Part shown: in pieces, positions 42,086 to 55,021 of the stretch
Layout of the letters: each line of letters opens with the position of its first letter
How positions within the stretch are numbered: position 1 is the stretch's first letter
Assembly: GCA_023515725.1 (NCBI GenBank)
Contig: JALDTO010000200.1
Coordinates: 1-64,000, forward strand
DNA length: 64,000 nt
Direction of reading: 5' to 3'
Source: Amoeboaphelidium protococcarum X5
Taxonomy: Eukaryota > Fungi > Aphelidiomycota
The notes under the pieces: model-generated
Told to the model about the DNA's origin: nothing
Database searches by the model: none
The model's input: only the letters and a program-made list of their open reading frames with translations
Program-made: the position numbers and the translations under genes

Positions 42086-43168
42086 ATGCCCTTCACAAGA
42101 ACTGAATCCCCTACAATGTACCTGCCTCAAGTTAATGATTCCATATTAGAGTAAGATAATTTCAATGTTCTGTCTTTTGATTTTGACACGCTGCTGAACA
42201 AGACTGGCTGGGACGAAGCTCCATCTCGAACTAGCTCCCCGAATTCCGTGTTGTTATCGCACCATCAACAATATCCAGGCTTTTATCTGGCTTCTGGTGG
42301 TGACAACACAAAGACTGATCTTTTGGGTAATAAAGGCTGCAGCTATGCCAATATCTCCTCTGATATGAGATCCAATACCATCTATCAAGTTAACCATCAC
42401 GCTGATATCTCCTCTGGTTAGCTCACCGTGGCCCCTGACAAAGTTAATTCAACGCTCTCCCTTCAAGGGGCGAATCCGTTTGGCAGTTTGATTAGAACGC
42501 GTTCTGGATAAAGCTACCATTCAAATGTCGCTGATACCAAATCCTATACTAATCATGGCACGCTGGCTGATGTAAATGCATTTTAGAATGACGATGATCG
42601 TGATGTCGATTTTTGCGAAGAGTAAATGAGTGACGATGCGATAGCCTTTAGGAATATTGATCAGTAAGAATGCAAGTAAAGCGTTAGAATACAAGCGGAA
42701 GACAGTTTTAATATTCGCACGGACCAGTTTGGATATCTTGTCGTGTCAAGCTCTCTGCGTCAAGCGGGCATGAAATTGAAGCACACTCTGACTAAAGGCT
42801 GCGATTTGCTGTCTGTTGAAGATGCTTTGAAGCGTTATCATCCAAAGCCATTAAGTTAGTTGTAGCCGTTTGCGGAAGAAGGAGAATAACCACTTGATTC
42901 TGTGAAAGTACCTAAGCCTCCGAATGCATTTATAATCTACCGCGGTTGTCGTCACAAGGAGCTGAAGCAGAGTTGTGTTCGTCAAGTCATCTCCAGAGTG
43001 GTGGCCAAGCTGTGGAAACTGGAGAGTAAGCAGGTGACTGAACACTATCAGAGTATTGCAAAGCTGCTGAGAGAGGAATATAAACGCTTCTACAGTGATC
43101 CAGAAAATTTACGTCGCGAATTCAATCCCCTACAAGGCAATGTTGGTGTTGTGAGAACTCCAAGATGA
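42086..43168 (+). CDS. HMG-box transcription factor (MATA-HMG/SOX-like), C-terminal HMG box
   Basis: KVPKPPNAFIIYR..ISRVVAKLWKLES..HYQSIAKLLREEYKRFY. Start uncertain (first ATG after an in-frame TGA near 41984). Confidence 0.78.
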
Positions 43169-43460
43169 TTAAATGCTGTGATGCGATAGAATTGATAGAA
43201 CAATCATTATACCCACAAGAATACCGACAAGATCAATAATTTAATAATGAAATGAATTCACGAAATCAATAGAAATAATGAATAGAAATGTGTAAAGTTT
43301 CCCTTTGTTTGAATGTGCTGGAAGTTAAACGCCCGTTTCCATCGTTTCAGTTACTGTAATAGGTTGATTGATTGATTAACAAGTCTATTGTTGCTGTTTT
43401 ACATTCGGAATCGATTCTACAACTAGATTCTCTAATACAAGTTTCTACCAAGATAAAGAA

Positions 43461-44585
43461 ATGGGTGCATGCTTCCTTGTTACTTTTTTGCTGTCGATGG
43501 TAATAAGCTGTAATGGGGCACCGAATGCCAAATCTATGAGTGAGTTCCCATTAAACAAGCGTACTGGTTACCCAGTGTGGATTTCCTCGACAATGTTTAA
43601 TGCTGAGCAGATGGATGGAATGAGCGTTACTGTAACTTTGTGCCTTGGAATGTGCTTTGCTGTACCAATAGTGGTGGCATTATGGAGATTTTCGTGGCTT
43701 ATGTACAACATTATAATGGCTAATCATCAAGTACAAATCAGATCTAACACGCCTAGTGCCAAAGAGTAGAGAGCATAGCGACATGGTGGAATAGTTGAGA
43801 CAATCGAAAAATCTTTTCCATTTCAAGGTGTGCTATTTGGTGGTGATCATAGTAAGACTGCAACGCAGAGAGGTGCCTCTGAATCTGATTTCCTCTCCAA
43901 GGATTATAATTTGGTTGCAGACTCTACGATATTTGATTGGAGATTTCTTAGTCTTTAGGCGGTACTTTTATCATACATCATAGTAACAGTTTGGGCATGT
44001 GTTGCATTTGGTTTGATTGGAGCTGGTAAACTCTGGTCTTGCGTAGGTGCTCTGCATAACGTGTGTGAGCTGATGCTCATCATGACACTGTAAGCAACTT
44101 CATTCACGAGATTCTCCATAAAAAAGGGCACTGTGATAGTGATGGTTTACTATACTTTGACAGAGTTCATTGTCATGCTACTGCCCGCTCCATTGGACGC
44201 CATCTACTTTAAGTGGTAAGGATTGATCCTGGATTTCACATGGTATTAACTGTTTAAATCAATGATGAGCTCTCAAGATCCCCTGATGATCAAGTAAAGA
44301 AAATGCTGTAGATCCGGGTGCTGGTAATTGCTGTCATAAGCAGGCTTTATACACGCGATTGGCAACATTCTATCTACTGTTGTACATCATCCATACGCGC
44401 TAGTTGCATTCCATCTCAGCTATTGTCTCTGCTTTACGCTACTTGCCTCATGGCTTGTTCTTCATACAATGCGCTCAGCGATTCCCTTTAAGCGTGACAA
44501 GACTCTTGTATGGAAAGTTGCAACCTCCACCATTGCTAGTACTCTTACTTTGGTCGCTGGTCTGATTACTCTTTAAATGTAATGA
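43461..44585 (+). CDS. Polytopic (about 7-8 TM) membrane protein with signal peptide and possible dibasic (KR) propeptide
   Basis: Open in table 6; several hydrophobic segments; polar TM motifs GALHNVCE, FKWQGLILDF, FIHAIGN. Confidence 0.72.
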
Positions 44586-44712
44586 TGATGTAGGACGTTG
44601 TACCACGAAATGCTGTAGTATAAGAAACCTTGTATGATAAGAACAAAATTGAAATAATAAAGAGATCAACAAATTGTGTAAAGACGTAAGTTTATTATCA
44701 TTAAGTATACAC

Positions 44713-45372
44713 TCATGCTTATACCTCACGCTCAACACGACGCTTCCAGCTGCTTAGTGGACCACGGTCGTTCAACATCTTGACGTAGGCACCATCAGGC
44801 TACAGCTTACCTTCCTGACGCTTAACAATGTACTCCTCACGATCCAGCGGAGTGAATCCCCACTTGCGCGAGATGATGATCTTTTATCTGCCAGGAAACT
44901 TGAATGTAGCTCTGCGCATAGCCTCAATAACAGTAGCCTTGTTGTTATCCTTAGTACGCACACTAAAGATAATCTGTCCAATGTCAACACGCGCCACCTT
45001 TCCGTACGGCTTACCGTAAGCACCACGCATACCAGTCTGCAATCTATCCGCACCTGCACAGGACAACATTTTGTTGATTCTCAGCACGTGGAATGGGTGC
45101 ACACGAATACGCATGTGGAAGGCGTCCTTACCAGACATTCTGGTAATGTATTTGTTACATGCGATACGTCCAGCTTCCAAAGCCTCGGAAGACAATTGCT
45201 CACGCTCATCAGACACCAAGTGGATAGTCAAAGGGAATTCATCGACAGATGCCTTCTTCTTTCCCAAGTCGTAAATACGCAACTTCGGGTCTGGCACACC
45301 GCGACAGAAGCGAGATTTTGGGTAAGGCTTATTCTTACAGTAACGATAACAACGTCCAGGACGGCGACCCAT
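44713..45372 (-). CDS. RPL10: 60S ribosomal protein L10 (uL16)
   Basis: [33 protein letters not shown][taa][11 protein letters not shown]; 219 aa in table 6. Confidence 0.98.
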
Positions 45373-46594
45373 TTTTAATCTAAATTTCGTTAGTCTTTCC
45401 GGTGTTAAAGATAGATAGGTGAATGAAATCAGTCAGCGACGGTCAATCAGAAGATTCAAAGCAGGAAAGATCGAAAGAGAAATTTTCGTCAACCGACCGA
45501 AGCGCGTCTCTGCTTACGTGATCAAAAGAAACGCGCTGACCAATCACCGACAGCAAGATGTTACTGTGGGCTTGTGTAAGGTATATATAGATTGGGTGAG
45601 TGATGGGTAGAAGTCTTTATCATTTAGTTGCTATAGAAAGTGGCCATTATAAGTGTTTAAAGTAAGTATTTAAAGAAAAAGAGAATCACATATTGTTCAT
45701 ATAACCCACGCGTACACTTGAACTTTGACCAGAGATCATCTATCAGATGAGAATAGGCGACAAAGATGAGGAACCACGATAATCCAACCACATTATATTG
45801 ATATAGCACGGAGGAGGCAGCCTTGCGTTTATTGTTTTGAGAGGTATACCAGGAGGAGAAGAGATAGTCGGAAAGACAACGGAGATAGACATCAGAGGGC
45901 CGTTAGAAGAGGAGACGTTCCAAGCAATGGTACCGAGTCAGAGCATGGTCATTTGAGCATAAAAGTTTAAGATCAACAGAACAAGCAATATAGCAAGATC
46001 CAAATGCAGAGTAATACATCTTGTCTGATTAAGTACCAGCGAACATTTCACATACACATATGAGATTATTAGAAACATTGTAAGGTTAGTACAAACTAAA
46101 TTACAGATAGCTCACCTTTAGCTGCGGGCCTTGTTACGTATCGAGGTAGCATTAAGCCTTCTTACATCATTACTTTACCACCGACGAGGAACATCAGAAT
46201 TAGGTTGTGAAAGTCTCACTCAATCCACCTTGTTTCAGCAGTAAAGCCTTGTTAATCAATCGACATTCAGGACAATATAAGCCAGCATCATCCTAAAGCA
46301 GTCAGTTATTGCAACATCAGGGCCGCAGCTAAAGTACCTACACTCTACAGATGACAGATCAGATACAAACATGACCATTGGTCTTTTTTTTGTGTTTTTC
46401 GATTTTATTGTATTTTTGTATTTTTTACTTATTAAACTACGTTGGTTGTATTATAGCTGTGGTTGTCGTCGTAGTAGTTGCTGTATCGCTCCCGTTAACA
46501 TTAGCAGCGGCCAACCAGATTACTTTCGTACCTACACAAACACATATAATGAACTATGAGACAATGTCAAAACACTCTATAAAACTTACTCTGA

Positions 46595-47620
46595 TCAGGC
46601 CAACTTCTAAAATTTCCCCCACAAGGCAGACCAACGCTGACTCGACTTACCAGCTCTGCAACGCCTAGAGAAGAAGCCCATCGTTGCATACTGCGTAGCT
46701 AACAAGAGGGGAACCTTGACTCTAGCTCGACGTGTAAATACTGTCTCACCATTTATCATCGGTATCTTCTTCCTTACTTTCCCACGAGCAAGCGCCTCCT
46801 TTGATACCCTTTCAGGCTTTGCATCACGGAGGATGTCAAAGTCTTCCAGGTTATCAGGTGTGACAGAATGCCATACTCGGGAAAAGAAGCGTCGACCCTC
46901 CTTCGTCATCAGCGTACTCTACCATTTTTCTGCTGCTTTCCTACGTATCATCTAATCCGTGTAGCCGTTGATTGAATAACCGGCCTCACCACGCTTCATG
47001 GCGTAATGAAACGCATCAGCCTAGTCGGATTCACCGATAGGCTCAAACAGTCTCACTCTCCTAAGCGCAGCGTAGCGGTATCCCTCCATAGATATACCCG
47101 GATTAGAACAAGGCACAGGAAGCCGACCAGTCTCAAACCATCGAGATTTAGGCTTCGTTAGTAAGATACCTGGCCGCAGAATAACGGTAGGAGCAGCTTC
47201 AGATTCAGGTCCAGAGGCACCAGCAGAGGACGAATCTTCTTCAGCAGCAGGCGTTACAGAGACAGTAGAGGACGAGTCAGCAGAGGTCTTACCAAGTGTA
47301 GCCACTTTCGCCCCAAAGTCTAGGCTGTTCGCTTCGCACACTCTCATGGACAGCACTCCCGTCACTGACACAAAGTTCAGCACATGTCTGGGAGGCGGAG
47401 AAGCATATGCTAAGCTACATAGACCACGCTACTTACTGCGTACTCGAGGGGTTCCGGGAATAGTGGATGTGGATGTGGAGGTTATAAGTGGAGGAGGTGG
47501 AGGTGGAGCCGTCCGGAACGCCCAGGAAGCAGCAGCACCGTAGCAGACTCTGGCCTAAGCGGCGGCGCCAAACAAATTCATTCTATCAAATGCTTTAATA
47601 GTGGTGGCGGTTGTAGTCAT
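46595..47620 (-). CDS. Orphan hypothetical protein (341 aa unspliced; possible intron 46532-46650 extending the CDS to about 46359)
   Basis: Track ORFs 47021-47383 and 46607-46909 share a frame and join through TAR; ATG at 47620; GTAAGT donor at 46650 and TGTAG acceptor at 46532. No recognisable domain. Confidence 0.5.
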
Positions 47621-48016
47621 ATCTGTATAACTAGTTTCCGTGCGCAAATCTCCAGCAATATACATTTTTTTCCATAAATGTGTAGAGCCAGGAGGATAAG
47701 AGTAAATGGGAGCTCAACTTTCCGCCTTGTGCATTGTTCGATTGTTTGTCTCCCTCTGTTTCAAAAATCTGAAACGCGCGTTCCTCCATTGCCATGGCTA
47801 TGACGTCACTATTAGTTCTGGACCTGTCTTTGATGTAAAGAAGCAGCTTTAGATAGAGTCGGTGATTTAAACATCTATGATCAAATGGGATGAGGAGACA
47901 ATTCAAGATAAAAATCAAGCAAGATCCAATCATTCAATCTATAGCAAGCTCAAGTTCAATATTCTTTTCATATTCATTTACACTTATCAGCTGCAGAACT
48001 TCGCGCCGTCTTCAGC

Positions 48017-49870
48017 TCAAATGCTAAACCACTTGGAGTTAATAAAGTTGGAGAGAGAAGCAATTTCATGAGATATTTGCTTCTACTTATCTCTTTTGCC
48101 ATGAGCAACATCTTCATATAGTCGCCATATCAGATCCACGATAGAGTGAGCAGGTAAAGAAGAGCTAGATTGATTAAGAGGATCATTCGTGATTGAGACT
48201 TTCTGCTGCATGACTAAAGCAAAAGGGTTCTGTAATCCCGCCGATGTTACACCTTGAGTCAATGCTACTCCTCCACCTAGACTTGAGTTGGACGTGTACG
48301 CAGAATCAGGCGAATCGTTCTTATCCTCCGCAATCTTCATACCATCTAGAATTTGTGCAAATGCTTGCTAGTCAACCTGACTGCCGCTATGAGCCGCCAC
48401 ATACGCGTCTCCACATACCAGAATATTCTTTATGGCCTCCAACACCTTCAATACAATTCGATCGTCATTACCCCCCGTGATTGAGTGCGATATCATTTAA
48501 GCTAATGGCGGCAACATACCCTCTTGGACAAGAAAGCTGATTTGACTGTACTCTTGATTTAAGCAGGCATTACACAACGCCCAACATGCTTCTCTCTTGA
48601 TTCTGTAGTCTGCATTACTCACAATATCTATGAGCTTACTGATTATGAGACCATTCTGCTCACTCATTACGGCGTTCACCTGAGATTCTGTGCCAGCTGT
48701 AATGTTAGATATAATGAGGCACGTCTCCTTCAGTACAGTATCATTCTTGGGATGTTGGAGCAAATGTAATAGCCTAGGTAGAACACCAGCATCTATTACT
48801 TGCTGAGTTTACACATCACTTCCACTAACTATATTAATGAGACACCTAAGAGCTGGTACTTGCACTTAACTGTTCGAATAGGTACACAGCTACCCAATCT
48901 TTCGACAAAGATTAACATCCACAATAACCTGCTCATAATCCTCATGAATACCTCTTAATGTTCGCGATAATGCCCAACAAGCATCCATTAATACTTCATC
49001 GTCACAATTAACAGTGTCGGGAGAGCAACACATGAGCACTTAGGACAGCACAGGGAGTGCATAATTAATCAATGTCCAATCCATAGTAGCCGTCCCATTT
49101 CCGCGGCAAAAGTTACTCAACACCCATATGCATATGCGAAGTGTATTCAAAGTATATTGTCTGTCTTTACGAGGACTGGTGGGATTCGGGAGTGGTTGAT
49201 CAATTTCAAATGCCGCAGACTTGGTCACAGTACTGAGACTATCAGGGGCCGTGGAAGGCGCAGCAGCAAGAAAACTGTTCATCTCTTCGACAATTAAATC
49301 TACGAGCGGTTACAGTGCACCAGCATCCAATACAGCGCTTCTCATCTCAATACTATCACCAGCAATATTGCCAAGACACCAGACACTCTGTTCGCGTATC
49401 CCTTTATGTGGACTCATCTGAACCAAGTTTACCAGTTTCGGTATAGTGCCACAATTCACCACAGCTCTAGTTTATCCATTATTACCCGCAGCAACATTAG
49501 TTAATATCCAGGCAGCCTCAAATTAAGTCTCGGGATCAGAGTCACATGATAGTAAATCAGACACAAGCGGAATAATGTTCACAGCAATAATCTTGTCAAG
49601 AAACGGCTAAATATCATCATGAGCCAACAACTTGCGCAGATAAATTAAATCTTGCTTCCTCTTTTCTTCACTACTATGTTACAATGATGTTTTAATCTTT
49701 TCCAATTACTCTATGGATAGATCACTCAACTACAGCCTCGCATCATCACCATCATCACCGTTAATGTCAGTTGCAACACCTCCTCCACTCTGTCTAACTC
49801 TGACATCACTCATCTTTCGACACAGGAAATCCAATTCATCTGCTTCCTTACTATGTTACTTCAATGACAT
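48017..49870 (-). CDS. Importin-alpha-like ARM-repeat protein (divergent)
   Basis: QFEAAWILTNVAAG, REQSVWCLGNIAGDS, WVLSNFCRG, PALRCLINIVSGSD, ISNITAGT, KREACWALCN. Confidence 0.9.
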
Positions 49871-50736
49871 TATTTCTTATGTTTATCAATCAATTAAAAT
49901 ACTATGATTAATATCAATCAAGGAAATGAGTTAAAACTGCAATGATAATCAGTCGCTGTAACAATGGGATTGAAAGGCGTTTGAAGAGAAACTCACTCAG
50001 TCGGGCGGGCGGGCGGTCTCTCCGGAAGAAACATCAAACGGCGGAAGGACGGGGGAGCGTCACCAACGCAATCAGTCAGAAATTCAATTTCTCTTGTTGC
50101 GCCACCTTTTTAACTAAATTTTATTGAAACAGCAATAATAATGGCTTAATTGAAGTGTTTTGTCGATAAAGATGGTGTTCCATAGATAATAGAGATTATT
50201 GAATATGCAATAAAGATTGGTCTTGTCAATTTTAATAGGCAGCACTACGTCATTTCAAGGCAAACCATATATAGCAATTCATATCAACTAAGAGGGCAAT
50301 TGCTATTTAAGAGAAAAAAGAGGAATGTCTACTTACGGAATAATTGACGTAGAGGCCATGAAAAGGGAAGCCCGACGATGCCTGTGAAGATCGGCTCGGG
50401 GTGGTGCAATGAAGATCGCCTTTCTGATTGGTCGACAGACGATGACAATTCGTCAAATCACACGCGGTCGTAATTAAACAATGGTCATTGGCCTTCCACC
50501 TGCTTCTGTTTTCCTCATTCACTTCATTTCTTGATTAGCATTTACTACAAACTAGTCAGATTGATATATATATACAGTGAGGTATGGTTGTATATATATT
50601 TATATTTATAATCTTATTATATATTTGCATCGTGAATTGTTATGTGTAGATTTGATAGTAGCATCGTGTCTCTAAGCAACACAATCTTTTTAATCTCTGA
50701 CGACATAATAATAGTATTAGTGGTGATATAATCAAA

Positions 50737-53700
50737 ATGAACAACAATAATAATAGTAATAACAGTGGTAATAGTAATGACACGAGTAATCGAAGAAATA
50801 GTGGAAGCGGTGGTAGTTATTATAGCGATGGACGTCAGTAGGCGTAACCATTAGGTGATCAGCCACTACAGATGAATCAAAGCCGAGGGCCTCAATTGCA
50901 AATCTTTTCCTCTTCATATCCATCTGGTCTATATGGCAATTAGTAATAATAGTAATCTTAGTAGCAATCTTAAATTCCATAATAGTATTAGGGAAGATCG
51001 TACAATCAGCAGTAGCAGTATTAGCAGCAACACGTTGGCGGGGGATAATAGTACAATCAATATCGTCCACCTTATCAACCACATGGTAAATAACAGTATC
51101 AGAGTGGTAATCGACCTCCGTAGCGTCCTTAGTACTAGCAGTAGCGTCGTAATCAGTAAGCATAGTTTGCTGCTCCTGGATTTTATGGTCAGAGTGGAAC
51201 ACAGCCGCAGTATTATTCACAAGGACAGCAGTAGTAGTAGTAATTTGGTGATCCCATGGTGCAGAATGCTGGTCAAATGTACTCGGGATCATTGGAATAG
51301 TAATTTAATCAGGCAATGTCATTTGATTAGTAGTAGCAATAGCATGCTATGAGCTCTTTGAACACTGGACGTCCTCAGTCTCATCGTCAGCCTGCTTTGT
51401 ATTAACCTCAGATGTAATAGCAGTATTAGTAGTAGTAGTAGCAGTAATAGATGCCTGGTTAGCGTCCTGCATTTAACAATCAACAAGGCCGTAATCGATT
51501 GGAAAATGTTCAGTTTTTGTGGAACTAGCCTTCTTAACCACAGCAACAGGATTTCCAATAGTTTCAGGATGATCCGGTATATGGTAGCGGTGACTTGGGA
51601 TCCTAATCCTAGCTGTAGCCTAATCCGCTATAGCAGCAGCAGTCGCGTAAAGGAAGTGACATGAGTGGTCTGAATAGTACCGCGTCTGCTTTTACGCCTC
51701 TGGGAACCTCGAGTTACACTTCCCTCAGCAATATTGATTCTGGTCCATCTGGGGCTCGTACAACAAGTGGTGTTACTCCAGATTTCTCTGCCGTGAGACA
51801 TGACTCTTAATATGGTGGGCCTGGAAGTGGAAGAATCAACTTGAGCACTATCCATCAGTAATAGGTGCAGTTTGGCAGTAATCCATCCATTACGCCTTCA
51901 TCATCTTTTGGTGTGCCTCAGCTGAATATTTCATCCACTTTCTCATCGTTGCCGTAATTGGAAAAGTAGCAGTAGGCACCGGTCGGTAAGTAGATTAGCA
52001 GTGATAAGTCATCGCAGTCCTAGGATTCTGATAGCCTTCATCCTACAAGACCTGGATTTGGTATGAAAGGCCGCAAAATCAAGACTAAAGTCAACTTCTT
52101 TGAGTTTATTACGATCCCTGGTGGTGACATTCATTAATATTGTTGCATCACTGAGCCGACTCTGCCACCTAATTTGAGTAGAAAAGTATTTGAGGCCACG
52201 ATCAGGATGATTTTCTAGACCAAGACTGCTGGTGGTGTTAAGTTGTCATCTGGATTGCAGGATGTGTTAAAGAATCTTATTTATGATGGCAGACAGACTG
52301 TGTACAGTTGCGCTGAAATTCAACTTGATGAACTGACTTCATTTTTGGGTTAAAGCGTGCAAAAGACTGATGGTAGCGTATCATTTGACATTTTTATGGT
52401 TGATGAGAATCCGATCAAGTTTGAGTCGGTATCATTTAGTGAAGACGCGTTTTAAGACACTTACCATCGAAAGATTACTATCACTTTGGAATCATAGGGG
52501 AAAATTGATATGACGGAGCTGTCCTCATTCGTTGATGGAGATACCAGCAAGAAAGCTATTGCATTGTCACCTTCATCTGAGAACTCTGATGGATCATCTT
52601 TGCCAGCTTTGCGAGCTTTGGACACTTTGATGAGATACAGGCCATCTATGCTTTTGACTTCAATTGGGCGCTCGTTCTTCTCTCGCAATGAAGTAAGACC
52701 GCTTGGTGACGGTACTGAATGCTGGCTTGGATATCACTAAGGCATTGTTGCTGGTAGAGGCAAGATGATGCTGAACATTGATATTAGTGCAACTGCATTC
52801 TATGAACCGGGTCCACTGTTGGGGTTTGTTGCCCGTCTTTTCGGTAAGAAGAATGTTGATGACTTTGCCAGGATGACTTTGAAACAGAGAGAGTTTGAGA
52901 AGGCGGATCGAATGGTACGTGGTATCAAGATTGCTGTCAATCATCGCGGTGAGATGAGAAGAAGATACAGAATCTAAGGCTTGACTAGAACTGCCGCTGA
53001 CTCGACATACTTTGACTTTGCAGAGAATGTGAGCCAAGATGGACAGGATAAAGATGGTGATACTACATCCAGATCGATATCTGTCGCGGAGTATTTTGCC
53101 TCTCAGTACTCTGTCAATCTCAAGTATCCTTAGTTGCCTTGTGTGCGCGTTGGAAATGGTGCAAATCATGTTTATCTGCCACTGGAGTGCTGTGATATTG
53201 TGCCAGGTTAGAGGTACATGCGCAAATTGAACGAGACTCAGACTGCATAGATGATCAAGTTGACGTGTCAGAATCCTGAGCGACGTGCCGTAAAGATTTC
53301 ACAATCTCTGGAGGAGATGGGAATATCAGAGTAAAGTGTTGGTGGTGGAGGTGCAACGACAAAGTATAAACCAGCATAATCAACCGCTGGCTAGAAGCTT
53401 CTCAATTCTGAAGATGCCAAATTCTTTTCCAAGTATGGAATAAAGTTGTCCAGTGAAATGATGACTGTGCCTGCGCGTGTCTTGGAACCTCCTACACTCT
53501 AGTATCATCCGACCAGTAGAGATCCGTTGATAACTCCGCGTGATGGCTCCTGGAACTTGCGTGATAAGAAGGTTGTTTAGCCTGCGACTCTGCACTCTTG
53601 GAGTATTGTCTGCTTTGGCACTCCTTCAGATATGCCACAGGGTAAGATTGACTTGTTTCTCCGCGAGATGATCACCACCTGCCGTGATACTGGTCTTATG

Positions 53701-55021
53701 ATTACTAATCCGAATCCACCTGCTCTCTATGGAGATCCACAAGGTAATATTGAGGCAACAATGTAGGCTGCTTGGAATGCTGCCGGAGAAGCTGTTCAGG
53801 CGTATCCCCAGCTCATTGTCTGTATTCTGCCCAACACTGGCGTCAATTTATACTCGGACATTAAACGCGTTGGCGACACTATTCTTGGTGTTCCCACTCA
53901 GTGCATTCAGGTGAAGCACACCTTATAGCCAAAGAAGCAGTACTGCGCCAATGTGTGTCTGAAAATTAATGCTAAGCTCGGTGGTGTCAACACTTTTATT
54001 GTCAAGAATCCAATGATTAAAGGCGACGAAGGTCTTCCTTGGGTGTCTGATGTGTCCACTATGATTGTCGGTGCTGATTTGACTCATCCGGCTCATGGCG
54101 AGAGTAAAACTAGTGGTAGTGTGTGCGCGCTTGTTGGCAGTCTTGATCGACTGGCTAGTAGGTATTCTGCTTCTGTAAGACTTTAGCCTGCTAGAAAGGA
54201 GATCATCTTGGATCTGGCCTCAATGATGTAGGAATTGTTGAAGGAGTTTTACCTGGAGAATGGCAGCATTGCCCCTCAGCGCATTTTATTCTATAGGGAT
54301 GGTGTTAGCGACAGTTAGGCTCATGAGGTGAACGCTCAAGGAGGTGCAGATGATCAGAGAGGCTTGTGAGGCACTGGAGCCAGGATACAAGCCTCAGATT
54401 ACGTACATTGTGGTTTAGAAGCGACACCATACGCGCGTATTCACCACAAATCCTAAAGATGCTGATAAGTCTGGTAATATTCCTGCAGGTACGGTGATTG
54501 ATTCTCACATCACTCATCCGAATGAATACGATTTCTACCTGTGCTCGCACGCTGGCCTTCAAGGTACATCTAGACCAACTCATTACCGTGTGCTGCATGA
54601 TGAAAATAAGTTTACTCCGGATTTGATCCATGAACTAACTTATCGCCTCAGTTATACTTACTGTCGCTGCACCCGCAGCGTGTCAGTAATACCTTGCGTA
54701 TATTACGCCGACCTGCTGGCTCAACGTGCCCGGTATCATATGCGTGGCCAGTAGAATCTGAGTAGTTAATAGTCTTTTGCACAAGGTGGACCAACTAATG
54801 GAAGTTCTCACAGTGGCGGTGATCAGTTGAATCTGCAATAGTAGTAATCGCTGAGAGAAAGATCTTCGTCAAGTTTGGAGAAGGTGCAAGATCCAGATGC
54901 TGCAAAATAGTAAAATCAACGCTCATCCTAGTCTGAAATGGATGCACATATGGCCAAGATTTTGTCCCACTCTCTCGTTCCTGTTAAACCAGAGCTGAGC
55001 AAAGTGATGTATTTCATGTGA
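50737..55021 (+). CDS. Argonaute (AGO clade) with long Q/G/Y-rich N-terminus; +1 frameshift near 54331-54341
   Basis: [85 protein letters not shown]-terminal MYFM. Confidence 0.93.
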
